Source: Dimorphilus gyrociliatus
Lineage: Eukaryota > Animalia > Annelida
Assembly: GCA_904063045.1 (NCBI GenBank)
Contig: CAJFCJ010000005.1
Span: forward strand, 1,565,988-1,629,987
DNA: 64,000 nt
Direction of reading: 5' to 3'
The notes beneath the pieces were generated by a model. The model was not told the origin of the DNA and ran no database searches. It saw only the letters and a list, made by a program, of their open reading frames with translations. Below, piece after piece: positions 15,825-28,350 of this stretch (the stretch's first letter is position 1; every line of letters starts with the position of its first letter). The position numbers and the translations under genes are program-made.

Positions 15825-15888
15825 TGAATTTGCGACTTTATCATACTTTGCAGAGTAGTTTTTTTTTTAACTTTAAATATTCGCTTCC

Positions 15889-15918
15889 TATATATATAGT
15901 ATATATATATATATATAT
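15889..15918. repeat. Interrupted (TA)n microsatellite
   Basis: Direct read. Confidence 0.9.
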
Positions 15919-16955
15919 CTTTTACCAGTACATTTTTTAAAGCTGATATATTTCTGCAATCTACTCTGTTGTGGGTATTAATTATTACTTGCTACTTGTG
16001 TGACTTCAATGACGCTTCTGTGATTTCATTGCCAAAACCAGTACTTTGGCTTGAATAAACTTCGCAAATCTTCAGATAAGAAACTTATAAATGTTTATAG
16101 CATACAATTCTTTACGTCGCAAAGTTACAAATACGTTTCAATGTGAAGAGTAAATAAATTGATTCTCTATACAACGATACAGGAAAGTATAGATTACAGT
16201 TTACTCTAAACTCGAACAATATCCGGTTGTGATAATAAGAAACCGGACGATAACAAATTGTCCACGTTTGTAGAAACTATCTATATGAAATTCCTGACGT
16301 TTATTAAATGACCTTTTAGTCGAGTTTTATAAGAACAATGTTGAATATAAAGAGCTTCCTTTTTATATAAGTGGAAAAGTTTAAATTAAACTTTGCTTTC
16401 TCTATTAGACAGCTGTAGCTAAAAGAATGCTCTTGAAAGACCTATTCTCGCACACAAGAATTTGTTGGAGTTGAGATATTTGAGGGTGTCTTTGACCTAT
16501 TTATAGATAGTATGTTTAGACGGATTAGCAAATGTAAATTATACACAGAGACGAGGCACAATCTCTGACGAAAAATTCTCACACACCCTACACAAAACAG
16601 AATCCTTTGTTTTATACGAAAATAAGTTTACAGCTGATTGAAAACATACTTTGTCAATGCCCCCCTTGGATTTGTTTAATTAAAAAAAAAAACACATAAA
16701 TGTTTGAATTATATCAATTTTTTCAGTAGCTGTTAGATAGGATATTAAGTGATCGTAAAAATTATCTAGGTCTGTAGCATTTTTTTCTTTGAATCGACGT
16801 TCAGTGTAAACTTCCGGTTTGTGCAAGGCCATCCTGACGTTTGCTTAAGCTTAGGATTTTTCTTAAGAAAAAGAAAAAAATAAGTGAAAAAAAAAGACTA
16901 CAAAAGCTAATTACGCGCTTGAAAAGAAATAGAAATAATTTTAGTTATTTCTAAG

Positions 16956-19900
16956 TGGGGGAATATTGGCGACGGGCCAAAATCAGAAGTTATTCCAACC
17001 GAAAGCGGCGCTGAGCAACGAATCGAAAAATCAATAGCGGTAAACAGCGCCAGTCAGCTTAAAGACAACCACTAGCAAACTTACTATGAAGGAACATCTA
17101 ATACTGGCGGTATCTAATAAGACTGGCTAAGTCGGTACCGCATATTGGGGACACAGGTGGCGCTGGCGCTGCCCTGAAGGGAAGGAGGCACTTATCGTTG
17201 TCCGAACTTTACCTCAAATCAGTAGAGGATAGTAATTTGTCGACTGACGAATCAACAACTGGTTCTGCTCCAACACTTTTCTGTGAGTTAGTTCATTATA
17301 AAGAACCTGATGGAAAAAAAAGAAAGCGAAGGCGGAAGAGAAGAGCTTTAGATATGGGAGGAGCCAATACAGTTCCTCTTGAATCGAACGTGGACGTGCC
17401 GAATTCGAATGTTGACTCTGCAGCTTATCACAGGTTGAATGATTTTGAAACGCTCGATCAACAGTCAAGATTAATTGATCAATTGCCGAAATTAAACCAA
17501 TCCATATCAATTGACTTGGGTGCTATTTCGTCCGAGAAAAATGAAAAATATTTCAAGGAGGATCCGCAAAAGTTGATGATATCTGAATTCTCAATTCAAA
17601 GCGGTAGTGAAAATATAGAATTGTCTGAAAATAATAGTCAAGAGGATTATCCTGGATCAAAACTAACACAAATAGAAATTGAAAGGAATTTTAACAGCAG
17701 TGCTCTTTCAACAGGCGGTCTGGCTGGTTCTGATTCCATAGGACATTCGCTTGATGATGAAACTTTAAATTTTGATATTAAACATCAAAGCTGTTTAAGT
17801 GATTCGGATGGTGGTGTAAAAAATAGTAATTCTTCTCCAATGACTAACGCCAACAACGAGAGTGCATTATTTATAGCACTTGATACGACTAAGACGGATT
17901 CAGATTATTGGCCAGGCCAAGAAAAGGAGTTGGAGGAGGCCGAAGAACTCTCTAAATTAGAATCCATGGACCACAAAGCTAATTTATCAGTGGCCGAACA
18001 CGATCTTGAATTGCCATATTTAGCAAAAGATCAACCTAATAAAGACAATATTGAATTTCAATCTGAAAGTTTACCAACGAATGAGAAGAATTTAGGTATG
18101 TCAAAAGAATTGACGGAAGAGGATAATTCGGAATCTCCCCAGTCGACTGACAACGGTAATCGCAGCGACGATTCGTTTCTTTCTAATCCTAAAGAAGGGG
18201 ATGCCGTTGAAATTTCAAGTGCTTTAGAACATACTCAGGTAGTTGGATTCAATGTCATGCCGAACAAAAATAGACGCTTTGACACTGAAGAAACTGATTC
18301 ACAACAGGTTTGATCTTAAATGTTTATATTTTTCTCACTATTACTGTAGTTTTTCCTGCCAGATGATAATGAATTCAAAGTCAACAATGACAATTCCAAG
18401 GGGAACTGTTGCTCAAGACATACAAATGGTTGGTCTACAGCCTAAAAGGCAAATTCAGTTAGCTGAACCGCTTCCCTGCTATGTTTTCTCCAAGTCTGAT
18501 GACGGAGAATTAACAGAATCGGCCCTTGACATTGAAATTCATCCTTGGAATCAGAATGAAGCTTTAGTTTTAGAGACCACCGAAAAAGAACCATCAGATT
18601 TTGATTCAAATAAAACTTTTGCCTCCACAATAGAATTGCAACAGAGAAGTATTCCACAATCTACCGATTCGGAGCGTCTCGACGCTGGCGTCGATACTCG
18701 AGATTTGGTTACAAGTTTTGAAGATATGCAAAATCTACCTTATGAAATTTTTGTCGGTGCTGAAGCTATCAGGGATGAATGGTTGAATAGAAATCCAGTT
18801 TTGCAAAGATCGTTTTCAACTTCGGATATTCCTCAAGAGAAATATAGAAGTGAACAACGTCGACCTAGTTTGGAGATTAAGCCACTAGACGAAAAAACAA
18901 CTTCTACCGATAGTATTCTATTAGTTTTCGTGCCGTCCGGGGATAAGCGTCGAACTCTTGAATCGAGTTTTGACGGTTATAATCCCTCTCATTTTTATAC
19001 AGTTCCAATTTTTGAAAGATCTGTTAGTGCTGATATGCTCAAAGTTTTCCGTCCAAATGAATGTCCAAAAAGGTCAAGATCCTTAGAAGATATTGAACCT
19101 TTGGAGGATGATATTACTGCTGATGAAATATTTGCTGAAAGTCTTCGCCAATCTGAACAATGGAAGGAAGAAATATGTAATGAAGGAGAGCCTGAAGAAG
19201 AAATTTTCAGAAAAAAAGTTAGTTGGGCTGATTTATCAAGTGAAAAATCTCCGAAACCTTCCCGAACTGTTCAGACTCAAACTTTCTTGCCTCATATAGC
19301 AACTCTTGCTCAAAAAAAGCTTGAATCTGCAAAGGGTGCGCAAGTGAAATTAACCTGCAATTTTGGAACTCAAACATCACAAGAAGTTATTGATAAAACG
19401 CTATTAGGGCTTGCGCTAGATAGAGAACAAGAGTTAGAAAGAGATTTCAGAAAAAGAAAAATAGAGTTTGCGGTCCAAGTCAATTTTCCTAAAGACAACT
19501 CTGTTAAGAATATAGGCTGTCAAACTGGAGATGTTTCTCAAGTACCTGAAGAAATTCCCACTGACGAGATTCGTAACAATGTCAATATCGATAGACAAAA
19601 TTCTAAAGATAATGAAAGTATTGAAGATTCAAGCGAAAAATTTTCCCGTTCGCTTTCAAGGGAGAACCTTGAGGAGTCTTTAACTGCTAGTAGTATTGAG
19701 CCTTTCACAACTCTTGACAAATTGATCTCAGAGAATTTGATAAAACCGACTGTCGAAGATTCGGCTGATGACAATGCAAAAGCCAATAGCGCGTCTGATT
19801 CTGATAGAGACAATAGTGAAGAAAGCCCTAAACCTAGAACCAGTTTGGAATCTTTCCAAACTCTAAAACACGAAGATAGTCAACATGTACCTCAAACGGC

Positions 19901-22900
19901 TTGCGAAACAGGCCAAGAAATGACAGTTACAATTATGAGCCGAGAAAATGTCAATATAGAGGAAGTAGAGCAAACAATTGCAAGTAATGTAACCTCAGGT
20001 GGTGTCAAGATTACAAAACCTGATATTTTACAAGATAAGCAAAGAGTTGAAAAGAATAAATTAGCTGGAGCATTAACTGATTTTAAAGAATCGTCAGTGG
20101 ATCAACCGTCAGATCTATTATACGTGTCCAAAGGTGAGTTGGATAGGGGGGAGGGCGAATATAAATTGCAAAAAGGGGAAGGAGGTGAATCGCAAACAGG
20201 AGCTAAAGGCGCATTGCCAAGTGACAAAGAAGGTAGATTCCACAAAGAGGACGAGAGTGAACTGCAAAAAGAAGATGATAAATCGGAAAGAGGAGAGGAA
20301 GATAGACTTCAAAAAAGAGACGAGGGTAAACCACAGAGGGCAAAAGAAGGTGAAATACAACAAAAGGAAGAAAATAAACCTCAAACAGGAGCCGAAGGCG
20401 GATCTCAAAGAGGGAAACCAGGTAGATTGCAAATAGGAGAGCAAGGTGAACCACAAAGAGGAGAAGAAGATAGACTCCAAAAAAGGGACGAAGGTGAACC
20501 GCAGAAAGGAGCCGAAGGTAAATCGGACAGAGAAAAGGAAGCTGGACTCCAAAAAGGAGATGAAGGCGAATTTCCAAGAGGGAAAAAAGGTAGATTGCAA
20601 GCAGAAGAAGGAAAACCGCAGAGAGGAGAGGAAGGTAGAATCCAGGGGGGAGATAAGGGTGAATTACAACAGAGAGAAGAAGGTAAATCGGAAAGAGGAG
20701 AGGAAGGTAGAATCCAGGGGGGAGATAAGGGTGAATTACAACAGAGAGAAGAAGGTAAATCGGAAAGAGGAGAGGAAGCTAGACTCCAAAAAGGAGACGA
20801 GGATGAACTACAAAAGGCAGAAGAAAGTAAATCGGAAAGAGGAGAAGAAGCTAGATTCCAAAAAGAAGACGAGGGTGAACTACAAAAGGCAGAAGAAAGT
20901 AAATCGGAAAGAGGAGAGAATGCTAGACTCCAAAAAGGAGCCGAGGATGAACCACAAAAGGCAGAAGAAAGTAAGTGGGAAAGAGGAGAGGAAGCTAAAC
21001 TCCAAAAAGGAGACGAGGATGAATTACAAAAAGGAAAAAAAGATAACTTTCCAAGCAAGAAGAGAGATATTCAAAGGCAGGTGGTAGCTGGTTCTCAGGA
21101 TTTTTCTTTGGACGAGGTTCTGCAAAACGTAGAAGCAGACCCACTTTTAATATTAGAGGAGGAAAAGATACAAATTAAAAACGTTTCGGCTACTCCCTCA
21201 TTGGGCTACTCTATTCACACAGATATACATCTTGAAGCTGAAACTACCCTAAAATTTCAAGATCCTTCTATAATAGCTGCAAAGGTTTCCACTGATGACG
21301 ATGAAGTACCACCGAAATTTAATGTGGTCAAATCAGCTGAAGTACTGGAATACGAAAAGTATTTAAGAGAATTAGACAACGAGGAAGGTGAAAGTGATGA
21401 TCAATATGATGAGAATAAGGAAATGGAATTGAAAGAAGGTAATTTAATTAAAGAATGCTCCGAGGAAAATCCTTTTAATGAATCGAATGAACCAGGCTTA
21501 AAATCGATGAGTGATCTCCAAAAGATTAGCTCTGCAGGAAATGAGGCCGGTGAAATTGAACATAAACCGTCGAAAATATTGCACGAAACATTTGTTATTG
21601 GACAAGATTCTATTGAAGAGCCAGTTGCATTTGATTCTCCTGAGCCACATGAATTTAGAAAAGCTGAAGACTTGGAGTCAGGTGATTTTAAAACAAACAT
21701 TGGTCGCTTAACAAAAAGTGAGTTTTTCATGAATATGGAAGATACCGAAGAGTCTGACGATGGATCTTCCGATTACGATGCAAATCTTTTGGGTACAATT
21801 AAACTAGTTCACCCGAATGAATCAAGTTTATCTGGTATAGAGGATAGATTAGAAGAAATGAAAGAAGACTCTAATAATGATAAATCTATTCGTGCAACTA
21901 GTGGCCTCATGACAGAATTGAGTTTGAAAGCAATAGCTATAAGTGATCCAGCTTTAGCACAGGCAAAAGCAGACGAGAGCTATCATGAAGTATCTGCTAA
22001 GTTTGATTCGATGAAGCCGTGTGAAGATTCTAAACAACTTTCAGATGTTAATCCTGGACAAAATATACGGGACAATAAAGATAAAAATGTCAGCGATATT
22101 GATAACGAAAATTTGCCTAGCATTGGTATCGCAAAACAATTTGCCGACAACCAGAGAGAGACTGGTAAGGTCGATGAAACACGATCTGCTACTTTGGTTG
22201 ATGAACAATTGAAAATTTCTGATAAGAAGCTATCTATGACAGTTGGTGAGGAAATTGGAGAAACGGAAGTTAAAACGAAGAAGGAAATGGTTTTTGCAGA
22301 CGAACTAGAATTGTCAAATAGCCAGTTAACTGCTGAAAATATAGCCGAAACCGAAAGAAAGTCAGCCTTTGTCAATCAAATACTTCAAACAGAAAAGTTG
22401 ATATCGTCAAATAATATATCAACTCAGACAACTTTTGAAGCCAGCCCTCCAGATAAGGCCATTTCACCTGATTCTAGTAAGGTTAAGAAGAAAAACTATG
22501 ATAAACGGAACAAGAATTCTTCGACTTGTGTAGAAGATTCTTGCCAGACCGAGCTAACCTTTCCTCCAACCGAGACCTCTACAAATCTTCCAAAGTACGA
22601 CTTTCAAGATCCAAGTCTGGCTAGTTTAAAAGAGGAACATGAAAAGTTGTTATCTCTTTTAAAACAATCAAAAGAAGAAAAATTGAAATCTTTAAAGTTG
22701 AAAAAAAATTTGCTCTCATCGATACGCAAGGAATACAATTTAAGTACATCTACAGATTCTCTTCCAATTATCATAGTAGAGGAAGCAGATGACGATTGTG
22801 AAGATCTTGTAGAATTACCAAGAGACCGGTGCTACTCTATGAATGAACAACTTTTAGAAATAAGCTTGAACAGAAATCCAAATTCTCTATCCGGTATTGA

Positions 22901-25764
22901 AATAAGTTCCCCGGAACTGTACGAAATATTATCGAAATCAACGGATAGTGAAAATATTGAGGACATTTTAGCAACAAACACAAACATATCCGATGATCTT
23001 ATAGAACAAATAAGACTTGCCAAAGATGCTCTAGCCAGGGCTATGGGGGGTAAATCATCATCAGAGCAAGTTATGAGAGGATTTATTACTCCAAATCTTC
23101 CTGTCGTTACTTTACACTTAATGAACGTGGAGACAAAATCGGACGTAGGTAATATTGTTGAAGATGTACTTGAAGAGACAGAAATTATTGAAGACGTTCA
23201 TGTTGAGAATGCGAAAAGTTTTAAACCTTATCCTTTTGTGGAAACAGTCAGCAATATCACCCAACCAATTTCACCTATAAGCGATGATCAATTTCACGAG
23301 CAATCGAAAAATGTACAGGGTGGAAGTACCTCATCCTCAGGTTTTCATGAAATGAAAGTCAGCCTTCAAATGTCACCTCAAAATCTTCAGAAATTAAGCA
23401 AAAAGTATAAGGATGCTAAAATGAAATCTAATCGCTCTGATGCCTCAAATGAGAATGCTAAGTCAACTGATCGCCCATTCGACAGTATATCATCGTTGGA
23501 CTTTGAGGAAATACAATCAGATAAGCTAAAGGGAAGCTTTCTTACTGACTTTGCTTCTTCTTTTGAACTTTTAGACACTGATGAAGAAAATTTCTACAAA
23601 GCGCTCAATACATCAAAAACAAGCGATAGTTCTATTCAAATAGAGGTTGACATGAAGGATGAAAGTATTGGAACTGATGACGAATTAGAAAGACTCCGCC
23701 TAGAGCGGGAGAGAATTTCTAATATGCTTGCTAAAGATGTTCTACCCTCAAATTCTCAAGTTGAGCTTGCTGAAGCTCAAATGAATTATGTTATGGGTCA
23801 AACTGACATACTTCTAGACGCCTTAGACAGAGATGAGGACTCCTTAGAAGAACTTCTAATCGGATTTCAAACTCCCGAAAAGGACATTGAGAGTATTGAC
23901 TATGATTTTCAGACAAGATATCGTCAAGAGCTTACTCTAGAAAGAAACAATATTGAAGATAAAATTGCAGAATTAGAAAATGATCAAGAGAGTAAAGCTG
24001 ACAGCAGCTTCTCTCAACCAGTGTCCTTAAATGTTAGCAGAGAAAGTAGACGCAAAAGAAACGGTCCATCACCCGTTAGAAAAGCCCAATTCGAACGAAA
24101 TGTACAAATTGAAGCGTTCAGATTAGAGCGGCTAAAAGTAAATTCCGATTTTGAAAGGAAGAAATTTACACCAAGATTTAGAAGTTTGAGTCCTTATCGA
24201 GATAATATTGAAGAAAAAGATGAAATTCCCAATGCCCCCATTTATGCAGAATCTCTAACGCCTAGACAAAGAATGAAATATTTGGCAAGCAAACGGCGTC
24301 GACTACTCAGAGGTTTATATATTGTTTAAATATTTTTTAAACTTGAATTATATTGAACACTTTTAAAAAATAATTAGATTCAAAATCGAAAAAGAAGACG
24401 ATTGTAACAACAACAGCCGGTGACTTGTTAACTACCACACCCCAGGTTTATTCAACATCTGTGATATCTAGTTCCTCAAGACATCGTCACTTGGACTTGA
24501 AAGAATTATCTGGATTTGAATCACCACCATTAATTTCAACTCCTCGAAGAGGATCTGATTGGGACGATTCAACTAGAAAATTGTTAGTCGAAAATCAGGA
24601 TGCAAGATCAGCGAATCGAAAGGAAGTTAGAATAGCAAGAGAGGCTTTGGAGAGAACACCTGTTGATCCAGAAAGATATTTAAATTTTGAGGGACATATG
24701 GACAGAATTATTAAACTAGAAGAGGTAAGCGTTTTGCGTGTTTAAAAATTTTGATATAGTGATGTGTTTACCCCTTTGATATTTTCCTAATGCACATGTT
24801 TGTTGTCCTTTATTTTGGTATTAGCCACGGTCTTCTTATTCCCCGCACGATAGCTATTCTAAAAGTAAACGAACGGTAGTTATAACCTTATAAAATTAAA
24901 GAATTCTAAATTATTAATCCTTAATTTCAACTCTTTTTTTAGGCTATTGACAACGAAATTGAACGAATGAAAGTTAGATATCTGCCCGATTTCAACATCT
25001 CCGATACAAGGTAAATAATAGATCAACAACGTCTAAAGAATATATATATTTAGATTGAGGTTTTTTCAAGTGAAAATAAATTAAGAAACCTTCAATAAGA
25101 TCAATCACTATTTCTCTCTTGTATAAAATTAATCGGGAAAACTCTTAATTAATCGACAACGGGTTAGATATTTTTGCCAATAATTCCAATATACTTTAGT
25201 ACTTTAACCCTTTTCTTTGATTATCTTACTAAGATTTTATCCAATAGAGGAGAATTCTCTTCTACTACTATTATCATTTAAAAATGCGCAATTCCTGTTT
25301 ATTAATGCTTCAGCCATTATATATTAATAGATTGGTAATAAATCTATTTAATCCTGATTGTTTGGTATAATATCTAAATGATTGATCTATTAATGTTATT
25401 CTATAGATAGTTTAAATTAAAGTTATTTATATTTTAGTAATTTACACTACTAATATAATTTTATCGAGTAGTAATAAATTGTTTTGCTAACATTATTTTT
25501 AATATTCGATAATCATTGTAGATCGATTTGTTTGCGCTCTTAAAATCGCCTTTTTATTGATAATCGATCAGATTTGAAAAGAAAATAGCTTCTGTTTGTT
25601 ATCTCTTTGTAAAAATCCTATTAAACGAGTATTTTCACTTCCAACTTTCTATTTTCAGGACTACTTATAAAGATTCACTATCGATAGCTGACGCGGCGAT
25701 TAATCGCCACGAACGCACTTTGGCAGCACTTGGTCGAAGTAAAAGTCGAACTTCTAAACCCTAA
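16956..25764 (+). CDS. Giant (about 2,500 aa) acidic, largely low-complexity protein of unknown family with an internal octapeptide repeat and a coiled-coil-like C-terminus; start codon not located
   Basis: Exons about 16956-17040(?), 17132-18307, 18363-24311, 24379-24724, 24943-25010 and 25660-25764 join in frame. One exon is about 6 kb and open throughout. No domain was recognised. Confidence 0.75.
20130..21050 (+). repeat. Coding tandem repeat: 24-bp (8-aa) monomer arranged into a 72-bp (24-aa) higher-order unit
   Basis: Units such as RGEEGRIQ-GGDKGELQ-QREEGKSE. The 72-bp blocks 20622-20693 and 20694-20765 are identical. Confidence 0.95.
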
Positions 25765-26370
25765 AATCCTTTATAAAGAAAACCTGCAGTGACTAGAACA
25801 TAAAGGAAACTGTGATATATTCTAGAAGAAAATAACTATGTTTGCTGTGATCACATGTTATGTTTTACTCTTACCAATTAAGTTTCTGTTATGGGATATA
25901 ATGCTTTTCCTAACATTTCTTTATAATTAAGCGAATCTTCCAAATTCTTTCTTTTTAAGATGCCATTCTTCGAAAGTTGTTTTCCAGACTTTCACAATTT
26001 GAACTGTTTTATATAATAATTATACAGTATATCACTTTTTTGATACTTTTCTGCAGACTCTACAAAAAAGGAATTACTAATAGAATGTATACAAAACTTC
26101 ACTTTGAACCTCTTGTTGATCTTAGATATAGATACTATGTATTTAATAGTTTACAGTTTCATTGTGCTTACTATGATATACAATTTATATAGTATATATT
26201 GTATATACATATGTAATGATAATATGTCTTGAAAAGAAAAAGAACAAGAAATAAACCTTATTAATGAGTTCGTAATTATTGTTAGAGAGAAAGCTAATCC
26301 TTTTCTTATGAATCCTTAGAAAAAAAATGCTCTTGACAAATGAAATGCTGAATTGTTATTATTATATTAG

Positions 26371-26384
26371 ACACTAGATGGCGA
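26371..26384 (+). promoter_or_regulatory. CTCF-like motif ACACTAGATGGCGA
   Basis: Matches the CTCF core CCACTAGRKGGC in an intergenic position. Confidence 0.45.
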
Positions 26385-27162
26385 GGTAGTATAAATTTAT
26401 ATAGGTGAGAGTAGTATTGTGAGGAAACAGCTGTGCGGCAGATATAGGTTTCATAGAGTCTAATTCTCCCTTTAACATGCAAATAAATCTTTATTAAACC
26501 GTTTTAAAAGAGAACGATCTTATTGGTATTGTAAGTATTAAAAGAAAAATAATGCTAAACCTTGGTTCATAAAATACTTGTGGGTAAACTATCAAAGAAT
26601 TGATAAATAAATGATTGGATACGTTTGAACATTATCGAATATAAGCACTAAAGAAATCGCTGATAAGCTTATAACCGTTGAAATTTATATATAAATACAT
26701 AAATAGAAAGTAGTTCAGAGTCCAAAAGGAAACAGTTTTTTTTATATATATCTTAATCATCATTGTTTCAGGCCTATAAAAATTCACTCTTCTATTTCTT
26801 ATGGTTGGAAATCTCGAAAAAACACAAGCATAGAACATTATATAGATAATCTTTAATAAAAAACACAACTTAGTTTTATATATTTTTTAAAGATAAGGAA
26901 ACGATAAGTGCGTATATACGATAGTATAATTTTAAGAATAGTATAGAACGTTTTATTGTCCTTGAATATCCATAAGGAAGAAATGTATATAATGTAAATT
27001 TGATACTCCTTATTCTGAAAATTAAAGTAATTTGGAATATAGACGGTAAGAGGGGAAAAAGCTTAATGATCAAATTTCTTTCAAACCTCCGGTTTTTTTT
27101 TACTTCTCTATAGAGAAAGAAAGAAGAAAAAAAGGTTATTGATAATTTTTTTGAACGCTTTC

Positions 27163-27188
27163 CTCTCTCTCTCTCTCTCTCTCTCTCT
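27163..27188. repeat. (CT)n microsatellite upstream of CBFB
   Basis: Direct read. Confidence 0.9.
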
Positions 27189-27495
27189 TTATACATACAA
27201 ACTGAATTGGAATATACAAGATTGACATAAAGCATGTATACCTTATTGTTAATATGGCCTCAAATATAAATATTAAAATTTTTGCGCCATCTTTTGAGTT
27301 TTCTATTAATACGGTAAAAATGAGCCATATGATAAAGAGTAAATTTTACTACAACTATGTAATCATCGAAAAAGAAAAATCCCCTTTAGAATAAGTCAGT
27401 GCTTAATACGGTCAGATACGAATTTCATGTCAAAACTTTGAGAGATAAGCGTGTGAAAAATAAGGGCCTTTAGCCAAGAGCCCGGAAGCAGTTTA

Positions 27496-27558
27496 AACCA
27501 ATCAGAGCCGTTCTCCCGCCGGATATATTCATATTCATAGTTTTTATAACCAATCAGC
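27496..27558 (+). promoter_or_regulatory. Paired CCAAT (NF-Y) boxes in the CBFB promoter
   Basis: AACCAATCAG occurs twice, about 52 bp apart, 100-160 bp upstream of the ATG. Confidence 0.55.
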
Positions 27559-27657
27559 GATCTAAATAGAAAAAATTGCTGAATGAGTAATTCCACAGGC
27601 TCTCTTGAATGAACTAGCACTTTACATTTGGCTATGCCGCTGCCCGTAAGACTAGGA

Positions 27658-28350
27658 ATGAGGATGCCGAGAGTAGTAACAAACCAAAGGGAAAAGTTTG
27701 AGAGTGATGAGTTTTTTAGGAAATTAAATAGGGTATCCGAAATCAAGTACACAGGATTTAGAGATCGAAATATTGATGAAAGGAGGCAAAAGTTCCGAGA
27801 AGGATGTCTTCAGGGTTACACCGAAATTGTGAGTATAAATAAAACAAGTCATGCAGATGTTTGATAATTAGTCCTATAATCTCTATACAGTCCTATCTTC
27901 AATGCGGTATGAATTTAGCATTATCCCTAGTTTCCAATTCATGGAGTGAGGACTCTAGTCAAAGACTGGTTACAGAAGAGTTTGTTGATTTTCGTAGAGA
28001 GCCAAATAAGGTAATTTCAATTGTATACATTGAAAATAATTATTATTCCATTATTAATCTTGTATTCTTTCTCTTAGGTTCACCTTAAATCTCAGTTTAT
28101 CCTTAATGGTGTTTGTGTAATATTTATTGGAAGTATCAATTTGGAAAGACTCGATGGAACTGGATGTATACAGTTCGATACGGAAAGAGCTCAAATTGAG
28201 AATCAATTGTTAAATCAAGAGCTTAGTCAATACAGAAGAACGACTGAAACATTTGAAGAGAGATATCGGCAGGAGCAAGAGAGAAGAACCGAGGAAGCAG
28301 AGGTTGTTCAAGCTTTACTTGATATATCACACGATTTTCAGATTCCTTGA
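27658..28350 (+). CDS. CBFB: Core-binding factor beta (Big brother/Brother), the Runx partner; additional 3' exons possible
   Basis: MPRVVTNQREKFESDEFFRKLNRVSEIKYTGFRDR, VHLKSQFILNGVCVIFIGSINLERLDGTGCIQFDTERAQ. Four exons up to ..RRTEEAE; reading through the donor gives VVQALLDISHDFQIP*. Confidence 0.95.

Noticed and set aside
20118-21087. Overlapping ORFs in other frames and on the opposite strand (Lys/Arg-rich, Ser/Pro/Phe-rich)
   Set aside because: Shadow ORFs caused by the stop-poor purine repeat of the real frame.
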